From contig OX597827.1 of the NCBI GenBank assembly GCA_951406725.2, forward strand, positions 69,440,001 to 69,504,000: a stretch of 64,000 nt of DNA, given 5' to 3'. The stretch is from Octopus vulgaris (Eukaryota). Below the pieces are notes generated by a model. That model searched no databases and was not told the DNA's origin. It worked only from the letters and a program-made list of their open reading frames with translations. The position numbers and the translations under genes are program-made. This document shows, in pieces, positions 39,102 to 50,706 of this stretch (positions are counted from its first letter, which is position 1; every line of letters starts with the position of its first letter).

Positions 39102-39620
39102 TCATCATCATCATCATCGTTTAACATCTGCTTTCCGTGCAGGCATGGATTGGACGGTTTGACTGAGGGCTGGTGAGTCAGAAGGCTGCACCAGGCTCCA
39201 ATCTGATCAGGCAAAGTTTCTACAGCTGGATGCCCTTCCCAACACCAACCACTCAGAGTGTAGTGGGTGCTTTTTACGTGCCACTGGCATGAGGGCCATT
39301 CAGCCGGCACTGGCATCAACCACACTTGAATGGTCCTTTTTACATGCTGCCGCCACAGGAGCCATGCAGGCGGCACTGACAACGACCATACTTGAATGGT
39401 GCTTTTTACATGCCACTGGCATGGGACCAGTCAGCCGGCACTGGCATTGACCATGCTCAAATGGTGCTTTCTACGTGCCATTGACACAAGACCAGTCAGC
39501 CGACACTGGCAACGACCACACTTGAACGGTGCTTTTTACATGCCACCATCATGGAAGCCAGTCAGCCGGCACTGGCAACGACCACACTCGAATGGTGCTT
39601 TTTACGTGCCACCAGCATGA
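39102..39620 (-). mobile_element. SINE family C with about 6 internal tandem 60-bp units
   Basis: Repeated GGTGCTTTTTACGTGCCAC...GGCACTGGCAACGACCAC..GAAT; (CAT)n on the + strand. Confidence 0.85.
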
Positions 39621-39769
39621 GACCAATCAAATTTGTTTTGATTTAAAATTCATTAAATTAGTTATTTTTCGATAAGAAAAACAAATCCCACAGACTCTTT
39701 AATCATATGAATCTGACAGTGTAACTCAAACCAACCTTGCTGTTCCCCTTCAAAGTTATCTGATCACTT

Positions 39770-40280
39770 GATGTTAGTAAGAGAGTAGATTAAAGAAAGT
39801 ATGGAGCACAAGTGTAATTTCAATAAAGAACAAAATAAGAATTTTTAACACTAACATAAAAGCGGTGTTATTGTATGGGGCTGAGACATGGCGAACAACA
39901 GTTAAGTCAAATAAGCAGATACAATCATTCATCAACAGATACTTGCATAGTATACTTAAAATTAGATGACCCAAACACATAAGCAATATGGAGCTATGGC
40001 AAAGAACAAATCAAGTTTCAATTAAGGAACAAATATTTAAGAAAAAGTGGAAGTGGATTGGTAGCACAATTAGAAAAGACACACCAAATATAGTGAAAAG
40101 TGCTTTACAGTGGAATCTGGATGGATATAGAAAGAAAGGTAGGTCTAAGAACTTGTGGCGTAGATCAACACAAAAGGAACTAGAGAAGGGGGGACATTCA
40201 TGGCAGAGTATAAGTATAGAAGGGAAAAATTATGCGACATGCAATTCAACTATAAGTGGCCTATACTCCATGTTGGAGGG
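39770..40280 (+). mobile_element. RTE-clade LINE ORF C-terminal fragment
   Basis: KAVLLYGAETW...ISNMELWQRTNQ..KWKWIG..RK...ALQWN.DG.RKKGR.KN.WRR with in-frame stops. Confidence 0.85.
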
Positions 40281-40284
40281 TTAA

Positions 40285-40733
40285 CCCTTTCGTTACCAAC
40301 CCGGCTCTAGCTCTGAGTGTAAATGTCTTGTTTTCACAAGTTCTGAATTAAAATCTTCCACCAAACCCTAGTCACAATTTATGTTCCTAACACTAGCTGA
40401 ATGATAACCAAGTTATTTTACTAAATTCTTTGTTATATTTAAAATTAATTGAAAGAAATACAGAGCATTTCAAAAGAAAGGGTTAACATGTATAATAGAG
40501 AAACAATTCTTAACCCTTTTGATACCAACCTGGCTGAAACCAGCTCTGGCTCTGAGTGTAAATGTCTTGTTTTCATAAGTTCTGAATTAAAATCTTCCAC
40601 CAAATCTTAGTCACAATTTATGTTCCTAACACTAGCTTAATGATAACTAAGTTATTTTACTAAATTCTTTGTTATATTTAAAGTAATTGAAAGAAACATA
40701 GAGTATCTCAATATAAATACAGTAACGAAAGCG
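40285..40733. mobile_element. Tandem pair of piggyBac-like MITEs (40285-40482, 40514-40733)
   Basis: TTAA-CCCTTT...AAAGGG-TTAA ends; same family as 4596-4816. Confidence 0.8.
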
Positions 40734-41460
40734 TTAAAGGCAAAAAAAAAAAAAGAAGTTTCTCATCATGGCCCAGTTAGGAAAAAAATTTGCTGCAACA
40801 ACCTGTTTGGGACATCTTCATTTGCTGATAAGATCAAGTCACACAAAAGGTTTCAGTCACTTGTTTAAAAACCTGATCATGTTTTTCTTTTGTAAGGACA
40901 ATCAGTAGTAGTTGTCTATGCAATTAAGCTTTCAGTCTCTAAAGCAGTGATCCGCAACCTTTTTTCCACTTGCAGTACGCTTATTATTCTTTTCAAAATT
41001 TGGCAGCACACCTGAAAACGTGTCTGGCCATACTCTTTTACTTGCTTCAGTCATTTGACTGCGGCCATGCTGGAGCACTGCCTTCAGTCAAGCAAATCGA
41101 CACCAGGACTTATTCTTTGTAAGCCAAGTACTTATTCTATCACTCTCTTTTGCTGAACTGCTAAATTAGTAACGGGGACTTAAACACACCAGCATCAGTT
41201 GTCAAGCGATGATGGTGGGACAAACACAGATACACAAACATATACACATACACACACACACACATATATTTGACTGCGGCCATGCTGGAGCATCGCCTTC
41301 AGTCAAACAAATCGACCCCAGGACTTATTCTTTGTAAGCCTAGTACTTATTCTATTGGACTCTTTTGCCGAACTGCTAAATTACGGGGATGTAAACACAC
41401 CAGCATCAGTTGTCAAGCGATGATGGTGGGACAAACACAGATACACAAACATATACACAT

Positions 41461-41491
<31 letters not shown>

Positions 41492-41837
41492 CACACACAC
41501 ACACATACATATATACGACAGGCTTCTTTCAGTTTGCCTCTACCAAATCCACTCACAAGGCTTTGGTCGGCCTGAGGCTATAGTAGAAGACATTTGCCCA
41601 AGGTGCCATGCAGTGGGAATGAACCCAGATCCATATGGTTGATAAACAAGCTACTTATCACAAAGCCACTCCTGGGGAAAATATTTACAAAGCTTGAAAA
41701 CAGGTGACAGGTGGTGACAAAAAAATCTGCCTCAATAAATTTCATTCAACTCATGCAAGCATGGAAAAGTGAACATTAAAATGAGGATGATGATGATGGT
41801 GATGGTGATGAAAATATTTAGATTTAAAAAAATGTAC

Positions 41838-42712
41838 CTAGAAAGTTTTGACTGTGTATTTTCTACAGTCACAGATGAAGTCTTTGAACAGAGAGGAATG
41901 GCTGCTGTCCTTAGGAGACGGATTCCGACGTAGAACCCCAAGATGGATAAAACGGATAGGAACAAACAAAAGGCACGGAATGATACAAGGTTTTCTCGGT
42001 GCCAAACAGCATAAGATACAAATACTGACACAGATCCAAAGGCACTAAAGATTGCACTGCAGGCATTAAGCCGTGTCCGTACGTCTGCTGATATGGCCAA
42101 GTCCGCTAAGAGAGCATTGTGCTGGAGATCGACCGAAGTCAAGAAACTGTCGTAGAGGCAGAGACAAACGACAAACTGTAAGCCAGGTGACAGCCACGAT
42201 ACCCAGAAGAGGGCAAAGGAAATAGCAAACAGGGGTCCATTCCATGCAAGGGAGTTGAGGCGGTGTGATATTATCGATGCATTGATAGAATTCGGTTCGG
42301 ACTGTAATAGTTCTTGATTGCTCTGTCGGTTGCTGATTTTGCTGTAGTTGGAATAACTCGATGGGAATGTCTTTTCACTGTATTTGGATTTGTTGTATGT
42401 GTAGAGATTTTCTTCTTTGGACGACGACGAGGAGCCTGTATTGGTTTTGGAGTACGGTTCGTTGCTTTTGAAAGAAGATGCTGTTGGTTGTGGTGAGAGG
42501 TATTGGCGATCACTGAGCCAGCCGAAAAGTGGGTCGTTCAAGGAATTCCACACGAGGAATATGGATTCCCCAATCCAAAAGGAAAGTTTGTCGATTTTAT
42601 AAAAGGACACGAACATGTCGACATGGTAGAGAAGGAAAATGTTGTGAAGAATTGTGGTGAACAATGATAATGAACCATAACAAATATCCAGAGGAATGCC
42701 TGTGTTTGCCAT
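41838..42712 (-). CDS. MFSD13A: MFSD13A/TMEM180 coding exon 1 (in-frame upstream ATG at 42739; exon acceptor about 42927)
   Basis: [21 protein letters not shown]...[15 protein letters not shown]...[21 protein letters not shown] matches the TMEM180 N-terminus as I recall it. Start context AAAATGG; donor AG|GTACAT, phase 2. Confidence 0.93.
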
Positions 42713-43204
42713 TTTGAAGTCTCCCAGGAATTCTATCATATCAAAGAGACTTGTAATAGTAAGACAAACAAAAAGATATAATCAAAGAAGTGTGTTGCTT
42801 TACAAGAAGCATTCAAAAGTTGAATAGTGTCTTGTATAGAGTAAGGGATGCTTGTTGTTTCTGGGTTCATTTGGTCACAAATTTTGAGACTCTCTCAGGA
42901 ATTTCTCTTCTCTCATCGGACTGGGCTCTAAAAGAAAAGAAAAAGAGAACAAAGACAAAATCAGATGAAGGATGATAAGACAATTAATAAAGAGATAAAC
43001 CATGGAGAATTTATTTTAAAAGACAAAGTTTAAATTGATGAATAATAGACTGCCTGCCTTTGAAATGCAAATATTTCAACTACTGTAAATCTTTGAGTAT
43101 GGTCAACCCTTGGAGTTTGAGATAAGGAAGGAGTACAACAAGGAGAGGAAACTAAACATTTTATTAAAACCAAATTACAGGATAAAGTTGTTGATCAGCT
43201 CTTA

Positions 43205-43703
43205 CAGTAAATCCTCGAGTATAGTCCACCCTTGAGTATAATACGCAAGGGATTTTTAGGAGGCTGTACCTCTGAAAAACCTAAACCTTGTGTATAATAC
43301 GCACCCCTTCTCTAACTTGAGTCGTGTGTAATTAAGCCAGCAGCACATAGTCGAACCAACACTTCCACGCATAACATAATACAATAATGGTGGTAGCTTT
43401 TTGTGCATTTATGTGGCAGAAAATAAAATTGTTTTTATAACAGTAATAATGTTTAGTAAATGTGGCTTACTGCAAGTTATGGATGATTCTTTTATGACTT
43501 CATTGCTTTCAGGCTTAGCTTAAGGTATTTTCGCGCCCGACACCACAAAATGCGTTTGAATAAACATTGCCTGGACAGCAAATAGAGACTTGGACATTAC
43601 TTAGAAAATATTTTTCATTTTTAACCTCGTATATAGTACGCACCAGGGATTTTGAGCTTTAAATTTTGGGGAAAAAGTGCGGACTCTACTCGAGGATTTA
43701 CGG
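43205..43703. mobile_element. Tc1/pogo-type non-autonomous DNA transposon
   Basis: TA-CAGTAAATCCTCGAGTATAGTCC...GGACTCTACTCGAGGATTTACGG-TA. Confidence 0.85.
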
Positions 43704-43867
43704 TATCTTGAATCAATAAGGAAGCCTCTGCATCAAAGATCCCCACCCTGGGGTGGTGGCACCCACTTGGAGTTTGAGATGGCATTTCAATGTAGGAGTA
43801 CAACAAGGAGAGGAAACTAAACATTTTATTAAAATCAAATTACAGAATAAAGTTGTTGATCCACTCT

Positions 43868-44093
43868 TAATCCTTTAGCATTTAAACTGATTGTACCTGG
43901 CCCAATAATTTACCTGTTTTATGTTCAATCTGACCTGATCCAGCCCCTCACACTTATCCTACAATGTCAACCCAAAAATAAACTACCACCGCATCAAAAT
44001 CCTGAAGCTTCGAAGTTATGAATGATTAATTCAAAACAACAAGAATAAATAAGAACTACATTTGACAGAGAAATCCGAATGCGAAAAGGTTAA
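43868..44093. mobile_element. Second TTAA-flanked MITE family (also about 29540-29750, 30249-30475, 61640-61850)
   Basis: TTAATCCTTTAGCATT...AATGCGAAAAGGTTAA. Confidence 0.6.
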
Positions 44094-46835
44094 AGATAAT
44101 TTGGTTGTATGAAACATTCCAAGAACTGTTATTATTCCAAAATACTGTATGTGGTTCAGTTTTAAACCTTTTGGTACCAACCCATCTGAAACGGTCCCTG
44201 GTTCAATGATAAAAACTTCTTGTTTTACAGTAATCTATATTAAAAGCTGCAATCCAAATTTGATTTTAATTTTTATTCAAAACATCTAGTTTAATAAATA
44301 TTCTTTTATTCTTTTACTTGTTTCAGTCATCTGACTGCAGCCATGCCTTGAGTAGAAAAGATTATTATTATTATTATTATTATTTTCCTTCTTTCTTCAA
44401 ATTTTCTTCCGTTTCTCGCCGAGTGTTTTCCATACACCTAGGGCAGAGAAGCTCATTGTATGTATTCCCAGATTACACACGCAAATTCACAGATAAAATA
44501 TGTGCTTAAAAATTAATAAATAAACAAATTCATGGATGGATGTTGTTTTCACAGCGATAATGCTCTTCTCAGTACATAAGCCGTTCCAGTTAATACGATT
44601 TTTTAAAATTATTATTATTATCATTATTATTATTATTATTAAGGCAGTGAGCAGACAAAATTGTTAGCATACTGGGCAAAATGCAAAGTGACATTTAGTC
44701 TGTCTTCGTGTTCTGAGTTCAAATTCCACCAAGGTCGACTTTCTGGGTTGATAAATTAAGAACCAGTGAAACACTGGGGTCAATGTTATTGACTAGTCAG
44801 CTCCCCCAAAATTTCAGGTCTTGTGCCTATAGTAGAAAGGATTATTATCATTATTGTTAAATCAGTGAGTTGGCAGAATCACTAGCATGTCAGGCAAAAT
44901 GCTTAACAGCATTTCTTCCAGCATTGTGTACTAGGTTCAAATCCCACCAAGGCTGTCTTTGCCTTTCGTCCTTTCTGGGTCAATAAAATAAGTACAAAGT
45001 TATGAATGATTAATTCAAAACAACACGAATAAATAAGAACTACATTTGACAGAGAAAATGTTTAGTAAATCAACTAACCCCCAACGCATAATATTGCTGA
45101 CCTTGTCCCAGAATTTGCTCACAACCAGGGCTGGATTTAGACCTGGTGGGGCCCTGTACTAATAGGTTTTGGGAGTTTCTATGATTTTGCAAATACAAAT
45201 TTTATATTAAGATAATAAAGGGGGTCCCTAAAAAGTTTGAAGAAGCCTCTAAACTTAAAAGGACTTGGTAGAATCAGAGGGACTCAATCAAATTTAATAT
45301 ATTTTTAAACCTGAAAGAGCCCAATAAATCAAAAAAGGGCTCAATAATTTTAAAGGAACTCTATGCAATTAAAAAATTTAAACGTGGCTGTGTAGTAAGT
45401 AGCTTGCTAACCAACCACATGGTTCCGGGTTCAGTCCCATTGCGTGGCATCTTGGACAAGTGTCTTCTGCTATAGCCCTGGACCGACCAATGCCTTGTGA
45501 GTGGATTTGGTAGACGGAAACTGAAAGAGGCCTGTCGTATATATGTATATATATATATATGTGTGTGTGTTTGTGTGTCTGTGTTTGTTACCCTAGCATT
45601 GCTTGACAACCGATGCTGGTGTGTTTACGTCCCCGTCACTTAGCGGTTCGGCAAAAGAGACCAATAGAATAAGTACTGGGCTTACAAAGAATAAGTCCCA
45701 GGGTCGATTTGCTCAACTAAAGGCGGTGCTCCAGCATGGCCACAGTCAAATGACTGAAACAATTAAAAGAGTAAAAGAGTAAGTAAAATACATGTTACAA
45801 ATGATTTATTTGATTTGCTATAGATATATTTTTTAAAATTCTTAATTACAAACTTTAGATCTCTCTCTCTTTCCCCCTCTCTCTGGGGTACATGGTTCAT
45901 AGGTAAATTCAGCCCTGCTCACTACGTTGAATATGTAAACACTAAATCACTTTTGATGCACTGTCACCTGTGAGTAATTCCTGTCAGTCACAGGTGTTCT
46001 TAAATAATAATGTATTCCCATAAAAAAAAATTTTTTTTTTAAATTTTATTACAAATGAATTGGCACTCCATTGGCTATGACAGCAGGGGTTCCAGTTGAT
46101 CAGATCAAGATAATAAACTGCCCAGGAAACCAACACACAAGTGGCTGAGCACCCTACAGACACGAATACCTTTAACAAGGTGGCGAGCCGACAGAAACGT
46201 TAGCCCGCTGAGTGAAATGCTTAGCAGCATTTCGTCTGTGAGTACGTTCCGAGTTCAAATTCCACTGAGGTCAACTTTGCCTTTCATCCTTTCGGGGGTC
46301 GATAGATTAAGTACCAGTTACGCACTGGGGTCAATGTAATCGACTCATTCCCTTTGTCTGTCCTTGTTTGTCCCCTCTGTGTTTAGTCCCTTGTGGGCAA
46401 TAAAGAAATAAGAAACGTTAACACGCCGGGCGAAATGCTTAGCAGCATTTCGTCTGCCGCTACGTTCTGAGTTCAAATTCCGCCAAGGTCGACTTTGCCT
46501 TTCATCCTTTCAGGGTCAATTAAATAAGTACCAGTTATGCACTGGGGTCGATGTAATCGACTTATCCCCTTTGTCTGTCCTTGTTTGTCCCCTCTATGTT
46601 TAGCCCCTTGTGGGCAATAAAGAAATAAGACATGAATACCTTAATCATAGTTCTCAGCGTGACAGAGAACGTGACAAGGCCGGTCCTTTGAAATACAGAA
46701 GCAATGTGAAATAAAGTGTTTTGCTCAAGGATACAATGTACCACTGGAAATCGAACTCACTACCTTGTGATCATGTGCCAAACACCTTACCCACTAATCC
46801 ACATGCCTTCACTATATGTAAAACAATACACTTAC

Positions 46836-46975
46836 CTTAACGAAGCTCTGAGGATTCCAGTACTTAAGGGCTAATAGCTACAAAATTAGACCTGGATACA
46901 CGAGGTAGCAAACTATATGACTGTAAAGCTTTGTTGCCTGTCTTGTCTTATCTAGCCTCCTAATGTCAATAACAA
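46836..46975 (-). other. Possible 5'-UTR exon of MFSD13A
   Basis: Minus-strand AAG|GTAAGT donor at 46836 and a ...ttgtgtgacag acceptor at about 46976 in non-repeat sequence. Confidence 0.3.
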
Positions 46976-47325
46976 CTGTCACACAACCAATCAAAATTGA
47001 AAGGAAAATCAATTGACACACAGTCGTGTTTGTCTTAATAACACTCAGCCATCCTGTGTCTTTTAAGAGAAAACAAACGACTAGTTAACTCCACAGTTAA
47101 ATTGAGAAATAGGAAACTAGGTTAAGCTTGGCCGACTCAGAAATCGTTTGTGCTTTCAAATAATTTAGGATACTCATGTGAATATTCATACACAATCTTT
47201 AATAAAAAAAAAAAAAAAAAAAAAGAATATGCATACGTGTGTCTGTATGCATACACAGACACACACATGTGCATATAGACATGCGTACAAAATGAGAAAG
47301 AAAAATTATGACACACACATATATA

Positions 47326-47537
47326 CAGGGTGGCCCAAAAGTAGGTTTACAGTTCTTCAACTAACTCTTTCACATTCATATATTAACAGTTTGGATCTTA
47401 ATTATAAAAAAATATGAAACCATTATTCTATGCTAATTTAGTTAATTGTAAGGTAGAAATTTAAATGTAATAAAATGTTTTAAAAGAAATTTAAAGTGCC
47501 TACGTGATAATTGTAAACCTAATTTTGGGCCATGCAG
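47326..47537. mobile_element. Tc1/mariner-like MITE
   Basis: TA-CAGGGTGGCCCAAAAGTAGGTTTACA...TGTAAACCTAATTTTGGGCCATGCAG-TA. Confidence 0.7.
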
Positions 47538-47698
47538 TACATATACATATAATTATATATATGAGAATTATTGGTATCCAGAAGACCCAAGGTGGCAGGT
47601 AACGCTATGTAAATGCTATGGAAGGACCATAGTTAAACTTTCGTTTCGATAATTATATGAGTGAGGAGTCTAATGCGGGTCTTGTATGAGCATGTATA

Positions 47699-48053
47699 TC
47701 TCTATATATAAATGGCAAAATGTCTGTGTGTGTGTCCTTTATACAAATCCACAATTTTTCAGTTAGAGGTCTCGCACTTTCTATGGTCATTCAAAACCGT
47801 CCAAGGGTGGTCGTGCATATCTTTACATTTCCCCGCAAAGCCATTCAAAAAATCAATAGAAGTGACTTTTTTGTGAATTTTCTATCCAAAACCCAATGAA
47901 AATGCCCGAAACTTGATACGCCAATTGAATGCCAGCTGGCTGTATGTGATTGGTTGGAGATTTGGACAGTACTCAAGTGTATGTGAGCCACGCATGCAGC
48001 TGTATATGCATGCACTGGCACTATGACCCGGCAACGCCGGGTCATAGTGCTAG
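47699..48053 (+). mobile_element. Non-autonomous Helitron
   Basis: A|TC start, perfect 15-bp stem at 48018-48050, CTAG|T end. Confidence 0.88.
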
Positions 48054-48057
48054 TGTT

Positions 48058-49130
48058 AAATAAAATGAGACAACAAAGCCAAGGCTGTGTGGAGTTTTCA
48101 GAACATTCATGAAGAAAAAGATAGTCTTGCAGCTGTTTCTGAGATATTAGGGATATCCCTTTGCTTGCAAAGACCTATTGAGGCAAGTGTAAACAAACCA
48201 AAATCACTGACGTGGCCAATGACAGTACCACCTGATTGGCATTCATGCCAGTGGAACCTTGAAAGCACATCTGAGCGTAATTGTTGCCAAGGCCATGGAT
48301 TGGCTCCCATGCTGGTGGCATGTAAAAAGCACCATTTGAGCATGATCTTTGCCAGCGTTGCCTTACCAGCACATGTGCCAGTGGCATGTGAAAAACAGCA
48401 TTCAAGCATGGTCATTGCCAGTGCCACCGGACTGGCACCCGTGCAAGTAGCACGTAAAAACATCTTTTGAGTGTGAGTGTGGTCGTTGCCAGAACTGCCT
48501 GACTGGTCCTCATGCCGGTGGCACGTAAAAAGCACCTACTACACACTCGGGGTGGTTGGCGTTAGGAAGGGCATCCAGTAGTAGAAACCTTGACAGACCA
48601 GATTGAGCCTGGTGCAGCCTTTGGCTCACCAGTCCTCAGTCAAACCGTCCAACCCATGCCAGCATAGAAAGCGGATGTTGAACGATAATGATGATGATGA
48701 TCCCTTCATCAGAGACGATGTGAGATGGTTAAATAGAGGGAAATATTAGAGTTCAATACAGGAGTTAATTTGGAAAAGGAAACAAATAAGGAGAAAATAG
48801 GGAAATAGGAGAATGAAGAAATAAAAATAAAAATGTATAAAGAAATATGAACAGGAAGTGCTTCTACCACTTCTACACACCACTTTCCTTAGATAATGGA
48901 ACTGCAGCTATAACATCATTTTTCATTTTTATTTCTACATTCATTCTCCTATTTCACTATATACTCCTTATTTGCTTCCTTTTCCAAAATAACTCCTCAT
49001 ACTGAACTCAAATATTTACCTCTATTTAACCATCTCACATCGTCCCAGAAACAGCTGTAAGACTAAGTTTCTCTTTGTAAATGTCCTGAAAATTCCACAC
49101 AACTTTGGCTTTGTTGTCTCATTTTATTTA
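48058..49130. mobile_element. Penelope-like foldback interrupted by a SINE-C insertion (48162-48699, TSD ATCCCTT)
   Basis: 48058-48140 plus 48714-48835 are inverted at 48917-49130; ATCCCTT occurs at 48155-48161 and 48700-48706. Confidence 0.75.
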
Positions 49131-49135
49131 ACATA

Positions 49136-49186
<51 letters not shown>

Positions 49187-49325
49187 GCTTTGGCGTTAGG
49201 AAGGGCATCCTGCTGTAGAAACATTGCCAGATCAGACTAGGCCTGGTGCAGCCTTCTGGCTTCCCAGACCCCAGTTGAACCGTCCAACCCATGCTAGCAT
49301 GGAAAGCGGACGCTAAATGATGATG

Positions 49326-49367
<42 letters not shown>

Positions 49368-49944
49368 TAATAAATAAAGCATATGCATATATACATACAT
49401 ATATGTACGTACCTACCTCTACATGTATATATACACGCATATATGGGTACAGGACACCAAAAATAGTCGAACACAATGAGAAACGAAAACATAAACACAA
49501 AACCAAGGAAATGGACATTTTTCTTAAACAACGAAAAAATAGAGTACAGGACATACAACACGCGGAAAATTCCCCTTCTTCAGTCGCCTCTGTTTCATCT
49601 ACTCCGCGATATATATCTATAAAGCTGAAATGTGAAAAGTTTGTTTATCTCATTTTGGGATTGGAATGGGTCACTAGACCACGGCTTTCAACCGATTCTG
49701 ATGAAACTTGACACACGCATAGCCCAATGTCATAATTCAAAACTAACGCAGCGAAAATTTTGAAAAGTTCCCCCAGTTCTGAAAAAAATCGATAAATTCG
49801 ACATGGGGTCGAGAATCAGAAACACAAACCACAGACTGTCTAGGGGACGCACATCGACCTTTTTAACTAAAAAAAAATCTACATCTTAGAGTGTGCTTCA
49901 TCTCTTGGATTTATGTTTTTTACAAATGATATACACACACACAT

Positions 49945-49976
<32 letters not shown>

Positions 49977-50212
49977 CACTAGATGGGGTCGGATTGGCTC
50001 CAAAATTTCAAGAGGCCACGTGCCAACAGATTTTTGGGATCTGGGTTCATTCCTTTACTGCGGAGCACCTTGGGCCCATAAACCAGCCTTGCTCATTTTA
50101 ATATAGCCTTGGGCTCTACATCTTTGAGTGGATCTGGTAGACGGAAACTGAAAGAAGCCCTTCGTATGTGTGTGTGTGTGTAGTATATATATATATATAT
50201 AAATAGATCGTA

Positions 50213-50252
<40 letters not shown>

Positions 50253-50454
50253 ATAGATGAGTGTATTTTTTCCCTGTTAACAAATTATCTCTTCACATAA
50301 TAACAAGCTGTTAAATATTAATACAGTTACTAATACTAACATTAATTTTTTATTTGCTGCTAATTTGCTGCATGGTAGATTTGAAAAATTATAATATATA
50401 AGGATGAGACATGTGTTATTCTGTCTCTAATTTATATGTTAATGTTTTGGTATA

Positions 50455-50526
50455 CCTGCTGATGAGAACTTCACCTTGCAAACTATTTTATTTGTTAATT
50501 AAATGTTGAAACCTAAGGTCCAGCTG
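50455..50526 (+). ncRNA. Degenerate type-I hammerhead ribozyme-like motif
   Basis: CUG-CUGAUGA-GAAC...GUU-GAAA-CC(UAA)GG-UC^-CAG: canonical core and GUC triplet, imperfect long stem II. Confidence 0.5.
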
Positions 50527-50661
50527 TAAAACATGGTAAATGTTTTTATTTTTCATTCCCCTTCGAAATTGCTCTTAACTGTGGTTTGAACTTTTGACTG
50601 TTCCTTCTAGCATGTAAGGCAACCTGTTAAGGCTCACCTCTTTTTGTGTTTAAATGTACAC

Positions 50662-50706
<45 letters not shown>

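Noticed and set aside
39255-39620. CRISPR-like look of the periodic repeats (also 604-976)
   Set aside because: Whole units are repeated with no unique spacers, no cas genes are present and the context is eukaryotic.
41732-41837. C-terminal [17 protein letters not shown] extension of the 335-aa ORF
   Set aside because: Intron read-through past the donor at 41837.
49560-49610. CTGAAGA/GAAAC motifs on the minus strand (similar fragments at 35860-35905 and 54320-54350)
   Set aside because: Only partial or mutated cores without closing stems; not called as ribozymes.
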